64,000 nucleotides of DNA from Chloroflexota bacterium (GTDB lineage Bacteria; Chloroflexota; Anaerolineae; UBA4142). Below the pieces are notes generated by a model, which did no database searches, was not told the DNA's origin, and saw only the letters and a program-made list of their open reading frames with translations. Position 1 is the stretch's first letter; every line of letters begins with the position of its first letter. The translations under genes and the position numbers were made by a program. The DNA lies in the NCBI GenBank assembly GCA_016223105.1, contig JACRPR010000083.1, positions 32,724 through 96,723 of the forward strand, in the 5' to 3' direction. Shown here piece by piece: positions 1-7,875 of the stretch.

Positions 1-1290
1 TTAAAAAGCGGCGTAACCTTTCACGACGGCACACCGTTCAACGCCGACGCGGTGCAATTCACATTCAAACGTTTCAAAGAATCGGGAACAAAATCGCCGA
101 TTTACGGTTCGATTCAACAAATTGCCGGAATCGAGGTCGTGGATGATTTGACTGTGCGCTTTACGTTCAAAGAACCGGCGGCGAATTTTTGGAGCACGCT
201 CGCGATGCCGTATGCCGGGATCATCAGTCCCGAATCCGCGCGCAAGAGTGGCGGACAACTCGCGGGCACCGGCGCGTTCATTCTCGACGAGTGGCGCGCG
301 GGACAAGCGATCACACTCAAACGTAACCCCGCGTACAAATGGGGGAGCGCGGTTACGCAAAATCGCGCCGCGCCGCATCTCGACAAACTTGTGTTCAAAG
401 TGATTCCCGACGCGACAACGCAACTCGCCGCGCTCGAAACCGGCGAAGTGGATGTGTTGTTCATCAATCAACCGGAGCATCGCGCGAAACTCGAAAAGAA
501 TTCGAACGTGCGACTCGAAGAAACCGAGTTGAACAGTTTGATCTATCTGGGTTTCAATTGCAATAAACCGCCGTTCAACGATGCGCGCGTACGCCGCGCG
601 CTGTCGCACGCGATCAACAAAAATGAAATCGTGAACATCGCGCTCGGCGGCATTGGCAAGGTCGCGTCCGCGCCGCTCGCGCCGACGATCCCAGGTTTCG
701 ATCCGTCGCTCAAACAATTCGAACTCGGCTACGCCGCGAAAAAATCGCAGGCGTTACTCCGCGAAGCCGGGTTTACACAAGCGAACGACGGCGCGTGGTC
801 GCGCGACGGGCAAACGCTCAAAGGTGTTTTGCTCACGTCGAATCGCGCGCCAAACGACGCCATCGCGACGCTCGTGCAAAGTCAACTTAAAGCGATTGGC
901 GTGCCGGTCGAAATTCAACAACTCGACAGCAAAGCGGTGATGGACGCGTCGAGCGCGGGCAAATTCGATTTGCTTGTGTGGCGGTACGATTGGAACGATC
1001 CCGACGCGCTCAACATTTATCTCGGCTCGGATCGCATCGGCTCGACGAATCGCGTTGCGTACAAAAACGCGGAGGTGGATCAGTTGTTCGCGCAAGGCGC
1101 GCGTGAACTCGGCGAAGCGAAACGCGTGCAGTTGTACATCGCCGCGCAAAAAATAATTTTGCAGGACGCGCCCTGGCAACCGCTTTACATCCCGACTGAT
1201 GTGATGGCGATCCACAAACGCGTGGACGGCGTTCGCATCGGGTATATGGGGCGAATGTTGGTGAACGACGCGGTGGTGGTGGCGAAATAG
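1..1290 (+). CDS. ABC transporter substrate-binding protein, peptide/nickel (family 5) type; 5' end cut by window edge
   Basis: Frame 1 is open from nt 1 (LKSGVTFHDGTPFNADAVQF...), so the listed 52..1290 ORF is only part of the gene. The sequence looks like a family-5 SBP. DppB/DppC-like permeases follow. Confidence 0.85.
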   Translation, partial: LKSGVTFHDGTPFNADAVQFTFKRFKESGTKSPIYGSIQQIAGIEVVDDLTVRFTFKEPAANFWSTLAMPYAGIISPESARKSGGQLAGTGAFILDEWRAGQAITLKRNPAYKWGSAVTQNRAAPHLDKLVFKVIPDATTQLAALETGEVDVLFINQPEHRAKLEKNSNVRLEETELNSLIYLGFNCNKPPFNDARVRRALSHAINKNEIVNIALGGIGKVASAPLAPTIPGFDPSLKQFELGYAAKKSQALLREAGFTQANDGAWSRDGQTLKGVLLTSNRAPNDAIATLVQSQLKAIGVPVEIQQLDSKAVMDASSAGKFDLLVWRYDWNDPDALNIYLGSDRIGSTNRVAYKNAEVDQLFAQGARELGEAKRVQLYIAAQKIILQDAPWQPLYIPTDVMAIHKRVDGVRIGYMGRMLVNDAVVVAK

Positions 1291-1291
1291 A

Positions 1292-1391
1292 AATTGGGAA
1301 TTGGAAGTTCGAGATTGGAAGTTGGAATTTGGAAACGTATCGCATCCAACCTCCAATTTCCAACTTCTAACTTCCAACTTCCAACTTCCAA
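1292..1391. repeat. Long imperfect hairpin built from tandem GGAAGTT-like units (left arm) and TTCCAAC-like units (right arm)
   Basis: The left arm aattgggaattggaagttcgagattggaagttggaatttggaa pairs with the right arm tccaacctccaatttccaacttctaacttccaacttccaacttccaa. It fills the SBP-permease intergenic gap. Confidence 0.85.
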
Positions 1392-1394
1392 AAG

Positions 1395-2324
1395 ATGCCT
1401 CGACATTTGGCGCGCCGGCTTGCCGGCACATTGATCACGTTGATCGTCGTCGGGTTCGTCACGTTCGTCGCGCTCGATGCGACGCCGGGCGACGCCGCAA
1501 GCGCGCTCATCGGCGAAAGCGCGTCGCAAGCGCAATTGCAAGTTTTGCGCGCGCAGATGGGACTCGATCAACCACTCGTCGCGCGTTACGCGACGTTTCT
1601 CACAAACCTGGTTTCGCGCGGCAACCTGGGACAATCGCTCGTCAATTCACGCGCGGTCAGTGGCTTGTTGATCGAGCGTTTGCCGTACACGCTGATTCTC
1701 GCGTTCACCGCGACCACGCTCGCGGTTTCGATCGGCTTGACGCTCGGAATGATCGCGGCGACGCGCGCGGGTTCACGGCTCGACACCGCGTTGATGAGCG
1801 GCGCGGCAGTGTCGCTCGCCGTGCCGACATTTTGGAGCGCGCTGGTGTTGCTGTTGATCTTTTCGGTCAACTTGCGTTGGTTGCCGGTTGTCGGCGCGGA
1901 ATCGCCGCGCCATTTTATTTTGCCGGTGATCACGCTCGCGTTGCCGACCTCCGCGATCATCGCGCGAATGATCCGCGCGAGTCTGCTCGATGTGTTCGGC
2001 GCGGATTACGTTCGCACCGCGCATGCGAAAGGCGTCGCGCCGCGCCCGGTGTTGACGCGCCACATTTTACGCAACAGTTTGATCCCGGTGGTTACGATGC
2101 TCGGTTTGCATCTCGGTCATCTCTTGGGCGGCGCGTTTATCGTCGAAACGATTTTCGGATTGCCGGGGCTGGGACGCTTGATCGTGCAAGCGATTTTTGA
2201 TCGCGATGAGCCGGTCGTGCTCGGCGCGACGTTGTTGATCGCGGCGATGTATCTCGCGATCAATTTGCTTGTGGATGTCGCGCATGGCTGGCTCGATCCG
2301 CAAGTCGCGCACGAGGCGGTGTGA
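1395..2324 (+). CDS. ABC transporter permease (DppB/OppB-like)
   Basis: 309 aa, polytopic. It has a typical peptide-permease core (SLLDVFGADYVRTAHAKG...) and lies in an operon with the SBP. Confidence 0.85.
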   Translation: MPRHLARRLAGTLITLIVVGFVTFVALDATPGDAASALIGESASQAQLQVLRAQMGLDQPLVARYATFLTNLVSRGNLGQSLVNSRAVSGLLIERLPYTLILAFTATTLAVSIGLTLGMIAATRAGSRLDTALMSGAAVSLAVPTFWSALVLLLIFSVNLRWLPVVGAESPRHFILPVITLALPTSAIIARMIRASLLDVFGADYVRTAHAKGVAPRPVLTRHILRNSLIPVVTMLGLHLGHLLGGAFIVETIFGLPGLGRLIVQAIFDRDEPVVLGATLLIAAMYLAINLLVDVAHGWLDPQVAHEAV

Positions 2325-3241
2325 TGTTGGTGGAAGTTGGAGGTTGGAAATTGGAAATTGGAAATTGGATTCAACGCTTTAGCGGGTTGCGTATTTTTGA
2401 AAAACCGCGTAAACTCGCGAATCCAATTTCAACAAATTTGTGGATCGGCGGCACAATTTTGATCGCGATTTTTTTTGCCGCGATCTTTGCGCCTCTGCTC
2501 GCGCCGCATCCGCCCGACCTGGTTTTGGCGGGCGCCAAATTGAGCGCGCCGAGTTTCGCGCATCCGTTCGGCACGGACAACCTGGGACGCGATGTGTTGA
2601 GCCGCGTGTTGTTCGGCGCGCGCATCGCGATTGGGATCGCGCTCGTCGGTGTCGCGATTTCGGCGGGACTGGGCATTCCGCTCGGATTGATCGCAGGCTA
2701 TCGCGGCGGCTGGCTCGATCAAGGGATCGCGCGCGCGATGGATGTGTGGCTCGCCTTCCCCGGTTTATTGCTCGCGCTCGTGATCGTCGCGCGTTTGGGA
2801 CCATCGCTCGAAAACACAATCGTCGCGCTCGGCGTAATGACCGCGCCCGGTTTTTTTCGCATCACGCGGAGCGCGACGATTTCCGCGCGACGCGCGATGT
2901 ACGTTCAAGCCGCGCAAGCCGTCGGCGCGAGTGAACTGCGAATTATGGCGCGCCACATTTTGCCGAACCTGGCTTCCGCGTTGATCGTGCTGGCGACTCT
3001 GCGCGCCAGCACAATGGTTCTTGCCGCGGGCGGTTTGAGTTTTATCGGACTCGGCGCGCAACCGCCTCTGCCGGAATGGGGCGCGTTACTTGCGAGTGGA
3101 CGCGGTTATCTCGACACCGCGCCCTGGCTCGCGATTTTTCCCGGCGCGTGCATCACACTCACGAGCGCGGGATTGAATTTGCTCGGTGATGGCTTGCGCG
3201 ATTATTTTGATCCGCAACAAATGAAAAAACCAGGTTTCTAA
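2321..3241 (+). CDS. ABC transporter permease (DppC/OppC-like); true start probably downstream (e.g. TTG 2438)
   Basis: Contains HPFGTDNLGRDVLSRVLFGARIAI and a polytopic core. The first ~40 codons of the listed ORF only translate an intergenic repeat (WKLEIGNW), so the N-terminus is doubtful. Confidence 0.8.
   Translation: MMLVEVGGWKLEIGNWIQRFSGLRIFEKPRKLANPISTNLWIGGTILIAIFFAAIFAPLLAPHPPDLVLAGAKLSAPSFAHPFGTDNLGRDVLSRVLFGARIAIGIALVGVAISAGLGIPLGLIAGYRGGWLDQGIARAMDVWLAFPGLLLALVIVARLGPSLENTIVALGVMTAPGFFRITRSATISARRAMYVQAAQAVGASELRIMARHILPNLASALIVLATLRASTMVLAAGGLSFIGLGAQPPLPEWGALLASGRGYLDTAPWLAIFPGACITLTSAGLNLLGDGLRDYFDPQQMKKPGF
2326..2430. repeat. Composite repeat: a GGAARTT heptamer run followed by a GGATTC..GCTTTAGCGGGTTG palindromic element
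   Basis: The run is ggaagtt ggaggtt ggaaatt ggaaatt ggaaatt. It is followed by ggattcaacgctttagcgggttg...aaccgcgtaaactcgcgaatcc, the same family as 52619-52683 and 55379-55469. Confidence 0.75.
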
Positions 3242-3259
3242 AAGAAACCTGGTTTTTCG
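3225..3259 (+). terminator. Rho-independent terminator candidate
   Basis: A perfect stem (aaaaaccaggtttc / gaaacctggttttt) has a taaaa loop and is followed by a T-run. It overlaps the permease stop codon. Confidence 0.6.
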
Positions 3260-3268
3260 TTATGCGGT

Positions 3269-3296
3269 TTGACGCCACGACAATACGCGTTATAAT
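3269..3296 (+). promoter_or_regulatory. Sigma-70-like promoter candidate (TTGACG-16 nt-TATAAT)
   Basis: The -35 is at 3269-3274 and the -10 at 3291-3296, 18 nt upstream of the ATG at 3314. Confidence 0.45.
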
Positions 3297-3313
3297 CAGG
3301 CGGGGAGAAAAAT

Positions 3314-4690
3314 ATGGGGACTGGGCTCATCGATCATCTGCCGCGCCAACCCCGCACGGTCGCGGAAACCGGGTTGAGTTTAAGTTTGCTCGCCGAACTT
3401 ACGCTCAAAAACATTCATTTTCAAAGTGTCTTGAGCGCGCAAGAAATCGCGGACGCGCTCAAATTGCCGTTGGGGAATGTGATTCGCGAGACGTTGGATC
3501 ATTTACAACGCGAACGCCTGGTGGATCTGCGAGCATCCGAAGGCGCCGCGCCGGTCGCGCGCCTGTACAGCGTTTCGCATATCGGACAACGCCGGATTCG
3601 CGAAATGTTGGATCACAGCCGGTACGTCGGACCTGCGCCGGTGGAACTCGAACAGTACGTCCAAATGGTGCACGCGCAATCGTTCGCGAGCGAAGCCGTC
3701 ACGCCAGCGGCGATCCGCGCCGCGCTCGCGCATCTCGTGCTCAACGACGATATCCTCGCGCACTTGGGTCCCGCAATTACCGGCGGCAAATCGGTTTTTC
3801 TATTTGGCAATACCGGGAATGGCAAAACTTCGATTGGTCTGGGACTGGGCACGTTATTGACCGGCGCGATTTGGATTCCGTACGCGATTGAAGTGCAAGG
3901 GCAAATCATCAAGGTCTTTGATCCGTTGCGGCATCGGATCGTGCCGCAACAAACCGAAAGCGAGAGCGCGATCCTGCGCCGCAAAGGTTTGCTCAATCAA
4001 CTCGCGCGTGGTCAAGTGGAGCTCGAGGCGACGTTCATTCTCCCGGCGAATCAACCGTATGATCAACGCTGGATTCCGATTCGGCGTCCGTTGATTGTCG
4101 GCGGCGGCGAGTTGACGCTGGCGAATCTTGATCTCATCTTTGATCCCGCCACGCGCTATTATGAAGCGCCGCAACAAATGAAAGCGAACGGTGGAATGTT
4201 TCTGCTCGACGACCTGGGACGCCAAGCCGCCGCGCCGCGCGAAATTCTCAATCGGTGGATCGTGCCGCTCGACCGGCGCGTGGATTATTTGCAACTCGCC
4301 TCCGGGCATCGCTTTCAAACGCCGTTCGACGTGGCGGTTGTTTTCGCGACCAATCTCACCCCCAGCGATCTCGTGGAAGAATCGTTTCTGCGGCGCATTC
4401 GTTCCAAACTGTATATTCCCGATCCGACCTGGGATCAGTTTCGCGAGATTTTTATTCACGAGGCGGCGCATCACGGCGTCGCGTACTCGGAGCAAAATTT
4501 ACAGTATTTGATCAGCGAGTACTATCACAAGCCGAACCGCGCGCCGCGCGGCGCGCACCCGCGCGATCTGCTCGACGCGTTAGTGGATATTGCCAAATTC
4601 CAAAACTGCGCGCCGACGATGTCCAAGCCGCTCGTAGACGCGGCGTGTCAATTTTATTTGATGAATGAGCATCCGGCGACGAGCGCGTAA
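3314..4690 (+). CDS. AAA+ family ATPase with an N-terminal winged-helix-like region (function unknown)
   Basis: Walker A is FLFGNTGNGKTS and Walker B-like is MFLLDDLGR. The C-terminal region reads FATNLTPSDLVEESFLRRIRSKLYIPDP. The gene has its own promoter-like and terminator-like flanks. Confidence 0.6.
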   Translation: MGTGLIDHLPRQPRTVAETGLSLSLLAELTLKNIHFQSVLSAQEIADALKLPLGNVIRETLDHLQRERLVDLRASEGAAPVARLYSVSHIGQRRIREMLDHSRYVGPAPVELEQYVQMVHAQSFASEAVTPAAIRAALAHLVLNDDILAHLGPAITGGKSVFLFGNTGNGKTSIGLGLGTLLTGAIWIPYAIEVQGQIIKVFDPLRHRIVPQQTESESAILRRKGLLNQLARGQVELEATFILPANQPYDQRWIPIRRPLIVGGGELTLANLDLIFDPATRYYEAPQQMKANGGMFLLDDLGRQAAAPREILNRWIVPLDRRVDYLQLASGHRFQTPFDVAVVFATNLTPSDLVEESFLRRIRSKLYIPDPTWDQFREIFIHEAAHHGVAYSEQNLQYLISEYYHKPNRAPRGAHPRDLLDALVDIAKFQNCAPTMSKPLVDAACQFYLMNEHPATSA

Positions 4691-4769
4691 AAAATCCGCT
4701 CAAGTCAAACCACAGATTGCACAGATGATTTATTTCTGTGAAATCAGTGTGATCAAGACGAAAAAATAA

Positions 4770-4825
4770 AACGCGGACGAACGCGGAAAAGTTTTCCGCG
4801 TTCGTCCGCGTTTGTCTGCGTCCAA
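4770..4825. repeat. Palindromic element of the CGCGGACAAACGCGGA / TCCGCGTTTGTCCGCGTCCAA family
   Basis: The sequence is aacgcggacgaacgcggaaaagttttccgcgttcgtccgcgtttgtctgcgtccaa. Related copies lie at 28780-28856, 55315-55348 and 55489-55506. Confidence 0.8.
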
Positions 4826-4829
4826 TTAT

Positions 4830-5729
4830 TTACTGCCGCGCTAGAAAAATTTCCACTTGCGCGCGCGTCGGCAACGAAGGTTGCGCGCCGAAACGCGTTA
4901 CGCTCAACGCGCCGACCGCGCAGGCGTACCGCACCGCGCCCGGTAAATCCTCGCCGCGCGCGAGCGCGACAGCCAACCCGCCGTTGAACGCATCGCCGGC
5001 GGCGGTCGTGTCCACCGCTTGCACGCGAAATCCTTCGATCACGCGCGACTCGTCCGGCGTCGCGAGCAACGCGCCGCGCGCGCCGAGCGTCATCACGACC
5101 GCGCGCGCGCCGAGCGCGAGCAAACGCGTCGCGGCGCGGGCGGGATCATCTTCGCCAGTGAGATGCGCGGCTTCGGTTTCGTTCGGCGTGAGCAAAACAT
5201 CGCGATACAATTCGCTCGGCAATTCGCGCGCGGGCGCGGGATTGAGAATGACGCGCGCGTTCGATTGACGCGCGAGATCAATCGCGGCGATCACGGTGTC
5301 GAGCGGAATTTCCAATTGCGCGAGCAAAACATCCGCCGCGCGGATCGCCGGTTCCGCGCGCGCAACATCGGCAGGCGTGAGTGTCGCGTTCGCGCCAGGC
5401 GCGACGCCGATCAAATTTTCCGCGCGCGCGTCCACCATAATCAACGCGACGCCGGACGCGGCGCGTTCATCGCGCGTGAGGTACGCGCAATCAATTCCGG
5501 CGGCGCGATAATTTTGCTCCGCCTGATCGCCCATCCAATCGCGACCGAGTCGCGCGACGAACGTAACCTCCGCGCCAAGTCGCGCCGCGGCGACGGCTTG
5601 GTTCGCGCCTTTGCCGCCCGCGGCAATCGCGAACTCGCCGCCGAGAATCGTTTCGCCGGCGCGCGGCAAACGTTCGCATTTCAAAATCATATCGGTATTC
5701 GCGCTACCGACGACGATGATGTTGTTCAT
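4830..5729 (-). CDS. rbsK: Ribokinase
   Basis: VVGSANTDM..GGKGANQAVAAARLG..DTTAAGDAFNGGLAVALA are classic PfkB/ribokinase motifs. Confidence 0.85.
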   Translation of the reverse strand: MNNIIVVGSANTDMILKCERLPRAGETILGGEFAIAAGGKGANQAVAAARLGAEVTFVARLGRDWMGDQAEQNYRAAGIDCAYLTRDERAASGVALIMVDARAENLIGVAPGANATLTPADVARAEPAIRAADVLLAQLEIPLDTVIAAIDLARQSNARVILNPAPARELPSELYRDVLLTPNETEAAHLTGEDDPARAATRLLALGARAVVMTLGARGALLATPDESRVIEGFRVQAVDTTAAGDAFNGGLAVALARGEDLPGAVRYACAVGALSVTRFGAQPSLPTRAQVEIFLARQ

Positions 5730-7264
5730 CGCGGCACCTCTTCGCCGAACGCGGGCGCGAGCATTTGATCCACCGGCGCGTACTGATCAGTGAGCGTTAC
5801 GCGGCGCACGTCCGCGAACATCGCGCGCAGATCGTCCTCGTTTACGATCAAGCGCGCGAGCAACGCGTCGCCATCGCCGCCGTCCGCGCGCGCGAGCGCG
5901 CTCAAATCCACCGGCACTTTCGATGCAAAGATCGTAAAGAAACTGCGCGGCTGTCTGCGCCAATCGCGATTGCCCATTCCCAAATACACGTACGGAAATG
6001 TTTGGCGCATCGTGTTGTAAAACGCGTTCACAAATTCGCCTTGCGGTCCGTCAATCAAATTCGCGATGTACATTCCATCGTCTTCAAGCCACGCGAACAC
6101 GCGGTCGTTAAATTCTTTCGTCGTCAAATGATACGGCACGGAATAGTGATTGATCGCATCGCCGCAAATCAAATCGTACCGCGTTGTCGGCGCGCGCACG
6201 AAAAATAATCGCGCGTCTTCGTTGTACGAAACGATCCTGGTATCGCGCTTGAGCGCGAGATGCTCGAACGTAAATTCGGTCAAGCCCGGATCAATCTCGA
6301 CGACGTGCGTCGCAATGTTGGGATAGACCGTTTCCAGATAACGCGGAAACGCGTAACCGCCGCCGCCGATGACCATCACGCGATTCAAGCGGTTGAAAAA
6401 TTGATCGCGATAGTCCGCGACTTCGGCAAATACTTTTTCTTGCGGATACTCGAGCAGTTTCGGATTCGCCGGCGAAATGTAACTGTGGACGAGATGATCG
6501 AGAACGACCGCGATCACTTGATCGCCGTTGCGTTCTTCGGTGAAAACTTTGATGCAAAAATAATTCGTCTCGCGCGCACACGGACCGCGCAACCAGCCCT
6601 GGTTTGAAATGGACGTCCACGCGCCAACGATCAACACGAGCGATAGCACCGCGGCGTACCAGCGCGCGCCCAGTACGAAAAACACGCCCATCAGCATCAA
6701 CGCGAGCGCGACCGCGAGAACAACAGTGAACGAGCCGAACCACGAGATCAGAAAAAAGCCGGTGGCGAACGTGCCGAGGATACTGCCGAACGCGCCCGCG
6801 GCATAAATTTTTCCGACCGTGCTTCCGGTTTTCGCGAGATCGCTCACCGCGAGTTTCGCGACGATGGGCGAAATCATTCCCAGGATCGTGCACGGTAGAA
6901 AAAATAATCCAAACGTGAGGATGACCAGTTTCGTTACAATCGGCAAATCGCGCGGAATCATTTGGTTGATCGGCTCCACCGCGAGAATCGTGAGACACGC
7001 AAGCGCGGAAAGCAAATAGATCGCGCCGAGAAAACGGAGCGATGCCCACTTGTCCGCGAGCCATCCACCCAAATAATTGCCGAGCATAATCCCGGCAAGC
7101 ACGATGCCGATAATGCTCGTCCAAGTGTAGAGCGATGTGCCGACGAGCGGCGCGATGATGCGGCTCGCGACGAGTTCGAGCACCATAATGCACGCGGACG
7201 AGATAAAAACAATCGCGTTCGGTTGCCACAGAATCGAACGCGCGGTGGAGGGCTGAGCGGACAT
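5726..7264 (-). CDS. Fused MFS-like membrane domain / spermidine-synthase-like methyltransferase-fold protein
   Basis: The N-terminal part has ~8 TM segments. The C-terminal part reads VMVIGGGGYAFPRYLETVYPNIATHVVEIDP. I chose the ATG at 7264, which has a GAGGAG RBS upstream, rather than the listed start at 7336. Confidence 0.7.
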   Translation of the reverse strand: MSAQPSTARSILWQPNAIVFISSACIMVLELVASRIIAPLVGTSLYTWTSIIGIVLAGIMLGNYLGGWLADKWASLRFLGAIYLLSALACLTILAVEPINQMIPRDLPIVTKLVILTFGLFFLPCTILGMISPIVAKLAVSDLAKTGSTVGKIYAAGAFGSILGTFATGFFLISWFGSFTVVLAVALALMLMGVFFVLGARWYAAVLSLVLIVGAWTSISNQGWLRGPCARETNYFCIKVFTEERNGDQVIAVVLDHLVHSYISPANPKLLEYPQEKVFAEVADYRDQFFNRLNRVMVIGGGGYAFPRYLETVYPNIATHVVEIDPGLTEFTFEHLALKRDTRIVSYNEDARLFFVRAPTTRYDLICGDAINHYSVPYHLTTKEFNDRVFAWLEDDGMYIANLIDGPQGEFVNAFYNTMRQTFPYVYLGMGNRDWRRQPRSFFTIFASKVPVDLSALARADGGDGDALLARLIVNEDDLRAMFADVRRVTLTDQYAPVDQMLAPAFGEEVPR

Positions 7265-7334
7265 TGCAAATTTTCTCCTCAAATGATTTTGGCGCGCTCC
7301 GATTATAACTATCGCGAGTTTGTTGGCAAGTGGC

Positions 7335-7373
7335 AAAAAGAAACCCGCAGGGTCTTGCAGACCCTGCGGGTTT
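7335..7373 (-). terminator. Rho-independent terminator candidate for the exosortase operon
   Basis: The minus strand has a perfect stem (aaacccgcagggtct gca agaccctgcgggttt) followed by tttcttttt. Confidence 0.6.
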
Positions 7374-7377
7374 GCGA

Positions 7378-7875
7378 TTAGATTTGCTCGACGCGAATTC
7401 TAGCGACCACGCGCAGAACTTCCGCAATCGGCACGAGTTTGCCGACGGTCGTGTACCGCGCGTCGCCGACCGGCGTGGTCGTCGCGCGTTCTTGGAACCG
7501 ATCACAGTTTTGCAAAAACCATTCGCGCGTTTCACGCACCGGCAAAATGTACAGCGTGCGCGGCGCGACGAAATAGTAAAACAACCAATCGGCTTGCGTG
7601 TACAGAAAACAGCCCGGCGTGTTGCGTTCGCGATTGCTCGCCGTCTCAAAGAAAAAGTTGCCGGTGCGATGATACCGATCCGCTTTGATTTCGATCTGGC
7701 GCGCGCCCTCGCGCGTGACCCAGATCAGATCAACATCCATTTTTTGATAACGCGGATCGGCTTCGACGTTTTCGACGCGAATCGTTTCCGCGCGATTCGT
7801 GAGCCACGCGATTATTTCGCGCGTCGCGTTGGCGGCGACGGCGTTCGTCGCGTCCATCGTGTACGCGCGCGGCAT
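7378..7875 (-). CDS. Hypothetical protein with a possible PD-(D/E)XK-like motif
   Basis: The ATG at 7873-7875 overlaps the TGA of the upstream gene (ATGA coupling). DVDLIWV...QIEIKAD resembles a nuclease-fold D..(D/E)xK signature, but this is weak. Confidence 0.45.
   Translation of the reverse strand: MPRAYTMDATNAVAANATREIIAWLTNRAETIRVENVEADPRYQKMDVDLIWVTREGARQIEIKADRYHRTGNFFFETASNRERNTPGCFLYTQADWLFYYFVAPRTLYILPVRETREWFLQNCDRFQERATTTPVGDARYTTVGKLVPIAEVLRVVARIRVEQI

Noticed and set aside
754-1431. 225-aa minus-strand ORF (and 1010..1363, 1185..1634) overlapping the SBP gene and the repeat
   Set aside because: It is antisense to a well-supported SBP gene. Its composition is Arg/His-rich, typical of shadow ORFs in high-G+C DNA. 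Its WKLEV peptides are only translations of the heptamer repeat.
6291-7649. 452-aa minus-strand ORF overlapping the MFS/spermidine-synthase-like gene
   Set aside because: It is an alternative frame of a gene with clear domain content. It is extremely Arg-rich, has no motifs and spans a terminator hairpin.
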